This document shows positions 50,647 to 61,123 of a stretch of DNA of 64,000 nt, piece by piece. Below the pieces are notes generated by a model that saw only the letters and a list, made by a program, of their open reading frames with translations, was not told where the DNA came from and ran no database searches. The position numbers and the translations under genes were made by a program. The DNA lies in NCBI GenBank assembly GCA_903908595.1, contig CAIVSN010000144.1, forward strand, positions 1,167 to 65,166, given 5' to 3'. The first letter of the stretch is position 1; each line of letters opens with the position of its first letter. This stretch comes from an uncultured bacterium. Lineage in GTDB: Bacteria; Patescibacteriota; Gracilibacteria; BD1-5; UBA2023.

Positions 50647-52260
50647 TTATTTTATCCAAATGATACCGGATTGATTATCATATGATCAAGCGCCCGAAAT
50701 ATCAAATCGCATTCAATTCTCAGTACTGTAGGTACTATACCCAAAACGTTGTCAAAAATTACTATAGGCGGTCGGCAAATATTGAGTACCGTCGAAGTAT
50801 CACGATACATCGGTTCCCGCGGCATTCGTTTCCGCATTGTTCAGTGTCGAATACACTGTACATAGGAACGATCCCGCACAACTTCATCCGGAATTCATTC
50901 GGAGATCCGTAGGCCATGTTTTGCCGCTCGTCCTGTGATACCAATCGGAAGCGGATTGGTCGGATCGGACCAATTTCAAGACGGAATTCGTTCTGGAACT
51001 TATGGCATTCAAATCCGCAGTACTCATCCTTCCGCTCGTTCCGAACGTTTTGTTCACTATACTGCTCAAATTGCAACCATTTGAATTGTTGTAACACGCA
51101 GCCCCCATATTCCCGTTCGTGATTTTGAAGGCAAGCGACCACCCTCCGCCATCCGAAGTCATATCGCAGTAAGCCTTGAAACTGCTGGTACCAGTAGGAT
51201 TTATCCAATATACGCCATCGCCGGTATCTCCGGTATACAGTTTCGGGGCGGACGGATTCTTGTATGAGAAGCAACTCGTAGCATACGTCCCGTCCGCCCA
51301 ATTCCTTCATGTAGTGTCGTTTCCGGAAATATATCCGCTTGCCACGGGGACGATCAATGGGGAAACCGTGCTTGTTCCTCCGAGATGCCCGACCAACATG
51401 CTGGTGCCATAGGTCGCGAGGGAACCGCTTGACAGGGAAACGAGCGTCGCGATGTTCCGGTCGGACCTGAGGTCGCTTCAGGAATACGCGTTCTGAAGCA
51501 TCGTCATCATCGAGGAAATCTCCGAGTCCGTACTCGGAAGCTTGGCTCAAGAGAACACCACTTGGGCAGGGTTGAACCCACTCGCGTTTCGAAGCGCCTT
51601 CCCATTGAAAAGGAGGGTACCGGAAAGCGAAGCCACGGGCACGGGAGCCCCATTGGTGGTCCCGCTGTTCGTAACGATGCTCGGGATCGCGAGAACATAG
51701 ACGCTGCTCCCCGTGGTCGTTTTCGCGGTAAGTCCCCCGAAATTCCCACGGATGTAGGCCGTCGCCGGATCTCCCTCTGCGGCGAATGCGGATTCAACGA
51801 GCAAGTTTCCATTCATAGCCGCTTGGTTCATATCCCCTTCACATTCCGCCTTGATCTGGTAGGCCTTCCCTTCCGCGAGAGTGGAATACGTATATTCGGA
51901 ATGCTTCAATGGATCGACGGGTTTTGTTCCCAATCCCCCTCCCGGAATGGTAGCTTTGAAATACTGCATGACGAGCGGTCCGATAGTTCCCTGATTCCAG
52001 ACGGTTCCCCCGGAATATGTCACGGCAAACGAATTATCGGGAAGCGGGTATGATCCGGAAGTGACGATGGCAAGATCCAAAGATTTGGATACCTGTGCAA
52101 TGTCCCCGATCCTCGCCGAATCCCGGGCTTTGGACGAATACCCGCCGATAGCGAGAAACCCGATGGATCCAAGTATCGCAAGAATAGTGATTACTACGAT
52201 AAGTTCTACGAGAGTGAATCATTTGATTTTCCTCCGGAAGGGATATTGCCTTGTACACAT
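50647..52260 (-). CDS. Type IV pilin-like protein fused to a C-terminal fibrinogen-related (FReD-like) domain (537 aa)
   Basis: MCTRQYPFRRKIK[TGA]FTLVELIVVITILAILGSIGFL, with TGA 52219-52221 as the Gly(-1) of the prepilin site. Nine TGAs in total. Tail: ATSCFSYKNPSAPKLYTGDTGDGVYWINPTGTSSFKAYCDMTSDGGGWSLAFKITNG. Stop TAA 50647-50649. Confidence 0.8.
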
Positions 52261-52300
52261 ACGTGAATTGATTGAAAATACGGTATTCCAGCCAATCGAC

Positions 52301-52329
52301 AGTATAATCCACGAAGGGAGGAAATTCAA
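52301..52329 (-). promoter_or_regulatory. Putative promoter of the pilin-FReD gene
   Basis: Minus-strand TTGAAT - 17 nt - TATACT followed by GTCGATT, 40 nt before the ATG. Confidence 0.45.
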
Positions 52330-52409
52330 TCGAAAATCAAAAAAACGCAAGGAAAATCCAGGTCCAACGGCAAAATCGCGCACTCGCGAATTCTTTTCTC
52401 GCAGATATC

Positions 52410-53861
52410 CTACGCTACCAGCATCTTCAACGCCGCCGGATTAAACAGGAAAAAATACCCAAGCACCAGCATGATGCTTCCTCCGATAATCAGGCAATAC
52501 CTCGTGTATTTGGTCGTGAGTCCCAGGTATTGGAACGCGTACAGCGCAATCCCGAACACCACGAAGTCGTCCACCATGTAGAACAGCGTGTATATGCTGA
52601 TGTAGAATTGCTTCCCCGCGAATCCGACGGAACTCATTTCGAGCAGTTTGGTGAACGCCTGGGGGATTCCCACGGAACACGCGAATTCGATGACGTTCAC
52701 CGAGAACGCCACCCCGATGGTCGCGAGGAAAATCCCGAACGACATGGGCGCATTGACGATGTTCCGGATCTTTTCGGTCAATTTCTTTTTCTGGCTCATG
52801 CTGGTGACCTTGCACTCCCCGTCCTTGTTCGTGAAGAATTCATAGAGGAAAAATATCCCCGCCCCGATGGAAACCACCCCGATGATCGGCGTCACGATCC
52901 GGTCGAGCTGGACGAAATCCCAGGTCTTGTACCACACGTTGAGGATCGCGTAGTACATGATCGCTTCCGCCAGGATGAAAATTCCCGCGATCTGGAGCAT
53001 TTTCTTCCGCGAACCCGTCTGCGCGAGAATCGTGAGGAATACCACGAGCACCCACATCGCGCACGGGTTGAAGCCGTCCACGAACCCGAGCAGCATCGCG
53101 AGGAACAGCAGGGAATAGTCCTTGAGGTTGATCGTGCCCATCCACGGGATCTTGACGTATACCCCGCCGGCGGCGGCCGTTTCGGCTTTGGCGGACTTGG
53201 GGATCAGGCAATTTTCGCCGTCCTCGCAGGTCGCGCCGCCCTTGGTCGTTACGACGTTCGTAAGGACGTCCTCGAAGTACGAGCTCTTGTTCATTTTCGC
53301 GACGGCTTCCGCGATCATCCGGCCAGTCGTGTCGGCATCCTGGAATCCCTCTATGACGGAATTTCCGACGAGGAGAATCGGGGTAGCCTTGCTGATGCCC
53401 TTCTCGGTGGTGAACTTGTCGAAGAGCGCACGGTTGGTCGCGTCTTCGAGGTCATAGTACTTCGGACGAACGGAGCCGGTACCGTAGGCGGAGGAAAGGA
53501 ATTTTTCGAGCGCGATGCAGTGCGTGCAATCCTTGCGGGAAAATATGGAGAATTCCATGACTTTTTCCGCTGGAATGGGGACTTGGACGATGTCCCCCTG
53601 AATGGGAAGTTCCACGGCCTTCTCCGCGGGAATCGGGAGTCTGGCGGCATCGTTCCGTACTGGCAATTCCTTGATTTTCTCCACTGGAATCGGGACCCGC
53701 ACGATGTTGCTCCGGTAAGAATCCGGCGGCATGGGGGACGCGGTCATCCTGTCGGCGAGCTCCCGGGATACCGCCCCGTCGGGCGCCGGTGCCGCAACCA
53801 AACCGAATACGCTTTGGGAAGTCAGCGTCAACGCCAAAATTCATAAAAAAAATCGGTTCAT
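52410..53861 (-). CDS. Glutaredoxin/thioredoxin-like domain fused to a CcdA/DsbD-family thiol-disulfide transporter membrane domain
   Basis: Signal MNRFFL[TGA]ILALTLTSQSVFG from ATG 53859-53861. FSRKDCTHCIALEKFL redox motif. Membrane core LLGFVDGFNPCAMWVLVVFL. Confidence 0.7.
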
Positions 53862-53905
53862 AAAATAGTGGTAGGAAATAGAAAAAACGTGGGGATTTCC
53901 CTATC

Positions 53906-54280
53906 CTAGACCTGAATTTTTATGCTCCCGACGTAATGCAATCAGAAATGGTATTCGTCGAATCGGTACGCGGAAAGCGGAACCTCCGTCGCCTTGGCCG
54001 ACAGGAAAAAAGCTTGTGCGGCAAAAGCCGTCCCGAGCCCATGGTAGCCTCCCGCGGTTTTTCCGCCCGCGTCCGCGACGGGAGCGTTGACCGCGAGCGG
54101 CTGCCGGGAACACGTGGTCAGTTTCGTTTCCGCGTCGGTCTCGCAACGGACGTTCGCCAAACACCGGTCTACGAACGGTTCCGGAGCCGCCGCATTGACC
54201 TGGCCTACGCCAAAAGCCCATGCGGCCGAGAAATGGACCGTGAGCAATGAGAGCAACAGCGATACGAGAACGTTCTTCAT
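53906..54280 (-). CDS. Small secreted hypothetical protein (124 aa)
   Basis: Signal MKNVLVSLLLSLLTVHFSAAWA. The ORF-track stop 53942 is TGA, so the CDS extends to TAG 53906-53908. Confidence 0.5.
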
Positions 54281-54360
54281 CGGGGATATGATAGCAGAAA
54301 ATATCCGGAAATCCAAAAAAAATCCAACCGTACCTTCGTTTTGGACAAATTCCCATGTCA

Positions 54361-54401
54361 ATCCGTTCGCATTCTCCTGATTCCGGAGAATGCGAACGGA
54401 T
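54361..54401 (-). terminator. Perfect 17-bp hairpin between two minus-strand genes
   Basis: ATCCGTTCGCATTCTCC-(7 nt)-GGAGAATGCGAACGGAT. No T-run. Confidence 0.4.
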
Positions 54402-54422
54402 AAAATCGGGCCGGTTTGGGCT

Positions 54423-54782
54423 TTAATTCCTACTTGGATCATTCTCCAATACCCGTTCGCAGTAATTGGCTACGGCCTCGAGAATGGAAGGGGCATAGGA
54501 GCATGGGGGACCCTCGAACTCATGTCCAAAATTGGCGATGTAGTCCACCATTCCCTTTTTGTACTCGAACCTGCAGGCCGATACGGAATTTGGGACACAG
54601 ATAGGACAGTGCGGCCTTTGCAATGGAGCTTCTGGCGCGAATCTTCCGCCTGCGAGAAAATCGTGCAACCGGACGATATCGTCGATCCTTGAAGCATGGA
54701 AGGTACTTTTCAGAAACGGGGCGTGCGGATGACGGAATTCCGGTCACAAGATTTCGAGCAATTTCTTAAGGTACTTTTCCAT
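54423..54782 (-). CDS. Hypothetical protein (119 aa)
   Basis: MEKYLKKLLEIL[TGA]PEFRHPHAPF... joins ORF 54423-54668 in frame (TGA 54744-54746). Stop TAA. Family not recognised. Confidence 0.5.
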
Positions 54783-54953
54783 TCTGGTCTCTTTCTTGTT
54801 GTTTTTGTACGGCACGACCTCGGAATGGGCAAAGTTCGGCGGTAGCGGTGAAATCGATGACATGGATTGGCGCTTATGCGATAAAATCCGAGAATACGGC
54901 ATATCCATATTTTGAAAAAGACAAAAGAGAGACAAATTCGCATGGAATAGGCC

Positions 54954-55721
54954 CTACCCGATTTCCACCCCGACCGGGCAATGGTCGGAACCCAGGATTT
55001 CCTGACGGATGAACGCGTTGCGAAGCGAAGGAACGAGAACTCCCGAAACCATGTGGTAATCGATTCTCCAACCCACGTTCCGGGATCGTGCCCCACCGAA
55101 ATTCGACCACCAGGTGTATGCCTCGGGCGTATCCGGATAAAAATGCCGGAACGTGTCGACGAACCCGTGGTCGACGAACGCCTGGAATCCCGCCCGTTCC
55201 TCGTCGGTGAACCCCGCGTTTCCGCGGTTCGCCTTCGGATTCTTGAGATCGATGTCCTGGTGGGCCACGTTGAGATCCCCGCAGAAAATCACCGGCTTCT
55301 TCGCTTCGAGCATTTTCATATGCTCGTGAAAGGTACGGTCCCACCGCTGCCGGTACGGCAATCTCGCGAGATCCGGCTTCGCGTTCGGCGTGTACACGGT
55401 CGTGAAATAGAAATCCGGGAACTCGAGCGTCAGCACCCGCCCCTCGTTGTCCGTATCGATGGCGCCGTCCAGCCCGAGCTCGACGCTCAGCGGGATTTTC
55501 TTGGTGAAAACCGCTGTGCCCGAGTATCCCGGACGATCCGCGCCGTGCCAATAGACCTCGTATCCGAGGTCGTTCAACTCGGCGAGGATCGGGTTCTGGT
55601 CTTCTTTGGCCTTGACTTCCTGGAGGCCGACGACGTCGGGGTTTTCTATCCGGAGATAGTCGAGGAAGCCCTTTTTGGCGCAGGCGCGGATGCCGTTGAC
55701 GTTCCAGGAGATGAATTTCAT
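54954..55721 (-). CDS. xth: Exodeoxyribonuclease III (AP endonuclease)
   Basis: MKFISWNVNGIRA...LQEVK...GDLNVAHQDIDL...SDHCPV. Confidence 0.9.
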   Translation of the reverse strand: MKFISWNVNGIRACAKKGFLDYLRIENPDVVGLQEVKAKEDQNPILAELNDLGYEVYWHGADRPGYSGTAVFTKKIPLSVELGLDGAIDTDNEGRVLTLEFPDFYFTTVYTPNAKPDLARLPYRQRWDRTFHEHMKMLEAKKPVIFCGDLNVAHQDIDLKNPKANRGNAGFTDEERAGFQAFVDHGFVDTFRHFYPDTPEAYTWWSNFGGARSRNVGWRIDYHMVSGVLVPSLRNAFIRQEILGSDHCPVGVEIG

Positions 55722-55866
55722 AAGCGGTCGGAAATGGTAAGTGGGGAAACTATATGGAAAAAATGAGGGTTGGGAAGGGGAATGACAACAACGCTCGAAT
55801 ATTTGACTTCCCCCAAACCTTCCGTACTATCAAACCCGGCATTTTCCAACGAAAAAGGAGGCGACT

Positions 55867-56130
55867 ATGCTAAAAAACCAAAATCTTTCGACGGCTATTC
55901 CCGCTGCTACGGCAAACGATACGGACCTGGGGTTTTCCAAACCGGAAGCCCTGATACATATCAAAGAGGTTTTGGGGAGAAATCACCCGAAACGTCAGCC
56001 CGAAATCGGCAAACTCGAACCAAGTGCGGTAGAACTGTACCTATGGTGCTACTTCTACATGAGGAACCGAGTGTTGTACCTGAGAAAGAACCCGTATTTA
56101 GGATTACTGTGATTGTCACATTCGTTTTAG
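55867..56130 (+). CDS. Small hypothetical protein (87 aa) with a strong Shine-Dalgarno sequence
   Basis: AAGGAGG lies 7 nt before ATG 55867. One TGA (56110-56112). Stop TAG 56128-56130. Lower-GC segment. Confidence 0.5.
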
Positions 56131-56211
56131 GCCAATAAAAATACAAACATGCTAGGACATAGTGTCACAATCACAGTGATCACACTGTTTAGGTAATTTC
56201 TAAATACTGAA

Positions 56212-56239
56212 GGCTCCCGTTGCAAAACGGGGCCTTTTT
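56212..56239 (+). terminator. Rho-independent terminator
   Basis: GGCTCCCGTT-GCAA-AACGGGGCC followed by TTTTT. Confidence 0.75.
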
Positions 56240-56294
56240 CATTGGCTTGGACTATCTTGTCCAGTTCTAAGTCTCTAGGCCCACGCGTTCCCGC

Positions 56295-57230
56295 TTAGCT
56301 CCGGTGGGATTCTATGACATATTCGCGTACTTTCCGGGCGTAATCGAGCCAACCGTACGCCGATTTCCGATACCGTTCCAGAGTTTCAATCGGAAAATTC
56401 GCCGGGTGCTTCCGGAGGATTGCGAACTTTTGCTCGATAATCCGCTCCGGGGAAAGCCCATTGGGATCGGGCAGATCCGTATCGACGCACGTTCCCCCGT
56501 TTTCGGTCGGCGCGATTTCGTGCACGAGAATATCCAGGCAACGGTTAGCCGCGTCCGCGTTCCTCGGGTTCGCCGCATGGGCCAGCAAGAGCTGGAACAT
56601 CGTTTCCCCTCAGGGCAAACGCACGTTCACTCCCCTGGATTCCGCGATATGCCTCGCGAATTCCGAAACGTCGTCTTGGAAGCTCCCGTGCGGCCCCCCG
56701 TCATAGGACACGAAGGATCTGGACAACCCCATGAGCCGCATGCCCGCCGAAGCCGTTGCCGGGGGAGTCGCGACGCCAGACTGGATCATCAGGGTTCGAA
56801 TCTGCTCCGCGTACGTCTCGCAAGCGTCGTCGATATCGTAATACCCGCTTTCGAGCAGGGTTTCAAGAAGATTTTTCCCGCTCGGGAAACGGTAATCCAA
56901 TGCGAGCTTTGCGGAATATTCGGAACCAGAATCCGCATACCGGTCCAATTCTCCGAGGTCCCGGAGCAGGCCGTACATCGGGGAGGAAGGAATATTGTGA
57001 CGGTAACCGGGCAAGCCCTTGAGGATATTTTTGAGGATGGACTGGAAAATCACGTAATTCAACCGTTCGGTATTTTCGATATCCACCCGCTCGCGGTTCA
57101 GGATTCTTTCGATCCGCTCGCGGTTGGCGCAGAAGATTTCCGCGGCTTCCGCGGCTCTCAACTCGTCCGAATCCCCGATTCTCCGATGGTCGCCTTCGCC
57201 GGCGATATTCGCGGTTCCAATGTTTGGCAT
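56295..57230 (-). CDS. Hypothetical protein (311 aa)
   Basis: ORFs 56610-57230 and 56295-56600 joined in frame through TGA 56610-56612. Stop TAA. Family not recognised. Confidence 0.6.
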
Positions 57231-57394
57231 GGCTCGATGATACCATTCATGAGATGGGGTGTCAAAAAATGGGTGGTTTGGGAGACGGATGCGAGAATGG
57301 AAGCCCGTCGATCAAAACGCGTGTCAAAAAATGGGGGCAGTTTCGGAGGAAAATGCGCCGGCCGGCTCCCCCTCTCGCCGGCCGTCTCTTGGTA

Positions 57395-57511
57395 AACCCT
57401 CTCGAAACGATGAAATCCGAAGTCGATTTTGAGCACCGTAGCGAGGCGTTCATTGGTACGGAGAGCGAGGAGCGCAAAAATTGATGAGGAGTTCGCGTTT
57501 TGGTGAGGTTC
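57395..57511 (-). repeat. Copy 6 of the structured post-CDS element (most degenerate arms)
   Basis: Core conserved (GATGAAATCCGAAGTCGATTTTGAGCACCGTAGCGAGGCG...GAGCGAGGAGCGCAAAAATTGATGAGGAGTTCGC). Right arm CGTTTTGGTGAGGTTC is almost identical to the copy 3 arm. Lies 40 nt after the pilin stop. Confidence 0.75.
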
Positions 57512-57551
57512 TTACGATGAAGAGACAGAAGTGACGAAAGCGTCGAATACC

Positions 57552-59474
57552 CTAATTCTTGAGGCAACGGAGCGAGAACCCGTTCCCACGAGTATTTGAA
57601 TACGCGATATTGCCGCCGCCGGAGGAGAAGTCTGCGATGTAGGAGTTCGGGGAATACGGAGACGACGACCAGTAGTAGCCGCCCGACCCCTGATTGTAGT
57701 AGTACCCATTAATCCAATGCCGGTACCCGGCAAGGGGGAGCTTGAGCGCGCACCGGGTCCGGTCGTACGCGTTCGCCTGGTTGCAGGAGCCGAAAGCGGC
57801 GTTCGAATTGACGATGGCGTAGAGCGTTCCCCATTGGGTGGAGGTATCCGACGTTCCGCCGGTCGGGATATGGTATCCGGACGGGCAAGGTCACTGGGCG
57901 TCGCCGCCGTTGCCGGCGTTCCATCCGCCGGACGGGTTTGTGGCCCCGGCCCATTTCCAGTCGCCATAAAAGGCTTCCCCCTGGTAGAAGTTCGGGGTTC
58001 ACGTGGTATTCGCGGGCGACGTGAGCGTCCCGCCGTACTGGCTGGCCGTCCAAGTCCCGGAAGTGACGATGTCGTTGCGCCCCCACTGGTAGTAGTTGCC
58101 CTGGACGGCCGCAACCCGGTTGATCGGCAGGGCTGACGCGGTCGCGGTCGGGTTCGGCGACTGCGCGGGAACGGCATCGTACCCGGCCGAGGTCGTGGCG
58201 CCCACGTTGCAGGCGGCCCAGATCTGGACGTTGTCGGTGCCCTGTTGCCATACGGCGATATCGTTGGTATCGCAGGACGGATCGGACTTCGTGCCGCTCG
58301 TGCCGATGCCGGCGGCGGTTACCGTGACGTTGGTTCCGCCGTAGGAGAACTGCTGGGATGGCGCGTAGGTAGTGGCGGAAGCGTATGCTGGAGCCATCGG
58401 GGTCGGGGTTCCGCTTCCCCCGCTCGTCGTCGCTTTCCCGCCGAGCTGATTGGACACGATGGCGGTGCCGAAGCTTTGGACGGCGCCGGTGCCGGTGGCG
58501 GAGAGGAGGGACGCTACGTTCGTATTGGAGATTACGTCAGAGCCGGAGTAGGCGGACTTGAGGGCCGTCACCATGGCGGTGATCCGGCCGTCCGCGTCGC
58601 TTGCCGGAAGCCCGCCGGTGCCGGAGAAGACGACTCCGCTGTTCGCGCGGGCGTTGGGATTGTAGGAAGAAGCGTTCTGGAGCGGCTTGCCGTTGAAGAG
58701 GAGGGTGCCGGAGAGGGCGTTCTGCTCGATCCGGAGGAGGTTTCACGCCCCGGTCCCGCTGTTGGTGATAATGCTGGGTATCGCGAGGACGTAGGTGAAG
58801 GAACCGGTGACGGTCTTGGCGGTGAGTCAGCCGTAGTTGCCACGGACATAGGCGATAGTGGGGTTGCCGGCTTCGGCGGAGGCGGTCGGAAGCAAGGGAT
58901 TGCCGGCTTGGTCGGAAGCGGTCGGGACGAGCGGGTTGCCGGCTTGCCCGCCGTCCCGGTACGCCGTGGGATTGGGGACGTCGTTCTCGTAGTCGGCCTT
59001 GATCTGGTAGGCGGTGCCGAAAGCGAGGGAGGAGTAGGCGTATTCGGAGTTTTTGAGGGGGTCGGTGGGCTTGTCGTTGATACCGCCGCCGTTCACGGTA
59101 CCCTTGAAGTACTGCATGACGAGGGATCCGACGGTTCCTTGGTTCCAGACGGTCCCGCCGGAATAGGTGACGGCGAAGGAATTGTCCGGTACCGGGTAGG
59201 TACCGGCGGTGACGACCGAGAGGTCGAGGGACTTGGAGATCTGGGCGACGTCGCCGACGCGGGCGGAATCGCGGGCTTTGGAGGAGTATCCGCCGATGGA
59301 GAGGAAGCCGATGGTGCCGAGGATGGCAAGTATGGTGATGACTACGACGAGCTCAACGAGGGTGAAGCCATGGAAGGATTTTTTCTCGGGTTTCGAACCG
59401 TGGGCAATCCCAGTGGCATGGGAAGCGCGAACGGTTGCGGGGACGGATGCGTTGGCATTCTTTGTGGGTTTCAT
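57552..59474 (-). CDS. Type IV pilin-like protein fused to a C-terminal FISUMP-like (Fibrobacter succinogenes major paralogous) domain (640 aa)
   Basis: ...KKSFHGFTLVELVVVITILAILGTIGFL. ORFs 58827-59681 and 57999-58574 joined with the tail through TGAs 58827, 58743, 57999 and 57891. Tail: NYYQWGRND...[G]PCPSGYHIPT...LKLPLAGYRHWINGYYYNQGSGGYYWSSSP...GFSLRCLKN*. Confidence 0.8.
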
Positions 59475-59620
59475 GGGATTTTTGGTAAGGAAAGTACTTG
59501 GGGAACCGGAGGGCGGGGCGTTCGGCGAAACGAAAAAACCCCAGCCGGGAGCGGGAGGGCCACTGGCGGGGGAGTTCGGGGACGCGTGAAAGACGGCGGA
59601 TCCGGGACAGATCGCTACTC

Positions 59621-59665
59621 CGGCGTTCGGCGTTCGGCGTTCGGCGTTCGGCGTTCGGCGTTCGG
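59621..59665 (-). repeat. Heptanucleotide tandem repeat (CGGCGTT)x6.4 in the upstream/leader region of the pilin-FISUMP gene
   Basis: Read directly: six perfect units plus CGG, about 150 nt upstream of ATG 59474. On the minus strand it begins 4 nt after a TATCAT hexamer. Confidence 0.9.
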
Positions 59666-59907
59666 AAAATGATACTTTCATATTTGGGCGTCAAAAGACA
59701 TTTCGCGGAAATTTTACCGTATTATTTCCGAAAAGGAAATTTTGTTCATGGAGAATAGAAAAATATTTTTGAATGAGCCGTTAGGACTGGAAAAATACCT
59801 TCCGATAACCCGTTCATGTTTCATACGATTCATATTAACTATATGAAATTTGAAATACGATTCATATTTCATATACTTAATAATAAGCAACATCTCCCCA
59901 CCAAACC

Positions 59908-61044
59908 ATGTTTCCCCGATCCCTCTCTCAAAAAATCACCTCCAAATACCATCTCGGAAAGATCATCATGATTCTCGGTCCGCGCCAAGTAGGCAAAACC
60001 ACGCTCGTGAAAACGCTCTTGCAAGAAATCCCGGATTCCGACAAAATTTTTTTGACGGGCGACGACTCCGACGACCGGGCCCTGCTGTCGAGCGAAAGTT
60101 TTGCCAAAGCCGATCGCAGTATCGGCTCGGCAACGTATGTCGTCATCGACGAATGACAAAAGATTCCGAATATCGGGAACACGCTCAAACTCCTCGCCGA
60201 CCGGTACGGGAAAACCAAACAGCTGTTCGTAACGGGGTCGTCCAGCGTCCACCTCCTCGACCGCACCGACGAGCCCCTGACGGGAAGGAAATTCGTATTT
60301 ACCCTCTTTCCGATATCCGTTGGGGAATACGCCGAAAAATACGGGATTCGCGACACGGAAAAGGAGCTCGAACCGGAGCTGTTGTACGGCATGTATCCCG
60401 AAGTCCTCGAACTGCCGGATATCGCGGACAAAATCACCCGGCTGATGGAATTGTCCGAAAGCTGACTCTATCGGGACATTCTCGAATTCCAGGAAGTGCG
60501 CAATTCCGCCGTCATTCACAAGCTCTTGGAATTGCTCGCGCTCCAGATCGGCAGCGAGGTTTCCTACCACGAACTCGCGACGCAGCTGTGAATGAGCGCC
60601 CAAACGGTCGAACGGTACGTCGACCTCCTGGAAAAAAGTTTCGTAATCTTCCGCCTTTCCCCGTATTTCACGAACAAGCGAAAGGAGATTTCGAAAATGA
60701 AAAAAATATATTTTTACGATTTGGGGATCCGAAACGCCCTCATCCGATCGTTCAACCCGCTCCGGATCCGATCCGACGTCGGCGCGCTTTTTGAAAATTT
60801 TTGCATCGTCGAACGCATGAAACACCGGCAATACTCGGAGAGTTTGGCCTATCCGCATTTTTGGCGGGGGGCGCAACAGGAAGAAATCGACCTGATAGAA
60901 CTGACCGGCACGGATATCCGCGCGTTCGAAATCAGATACCGGCCGCAAAAAATCAAGGTACCGAAAAAATTCTCGGACCTCTACCCCCTGGCGACCTACG
61001 AAATCGTCTCGAATCAAAACTATGTGGAATTCATCTCGGGTTAG
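59908..61044 (+). CDS. AAA-family ATPase with a C-terminal DUF4143-like domain
   Basis: Walker A GPRQVGKTTL, Walker B YVVIDE[TGA]Q. TGAs 60154, 60463 and 60589 (ATQL[G]MSAQTVERYVDLLEKSFVI fits the lGis..Tv..Yl motif). Stop TAG. Confidence 0.75.
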
Positions 61045-61123
61045 CACGAAAATCCCGAAAAATCCAGTTGAAGCCGGCCGATAATCGCGTATACTCCCGT
61101 TTTCAACCGTAACCACTCCCCCC

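Noticed and set aside
56785-56805. tRNA-like T-loop string GGTTCGAATC.
   Set aside because: The flanking bases do not form a T-stem (CAGGG versus CTGCT) or an acceptor stem, and it lies inside a continuous coding frame (56295-57230).
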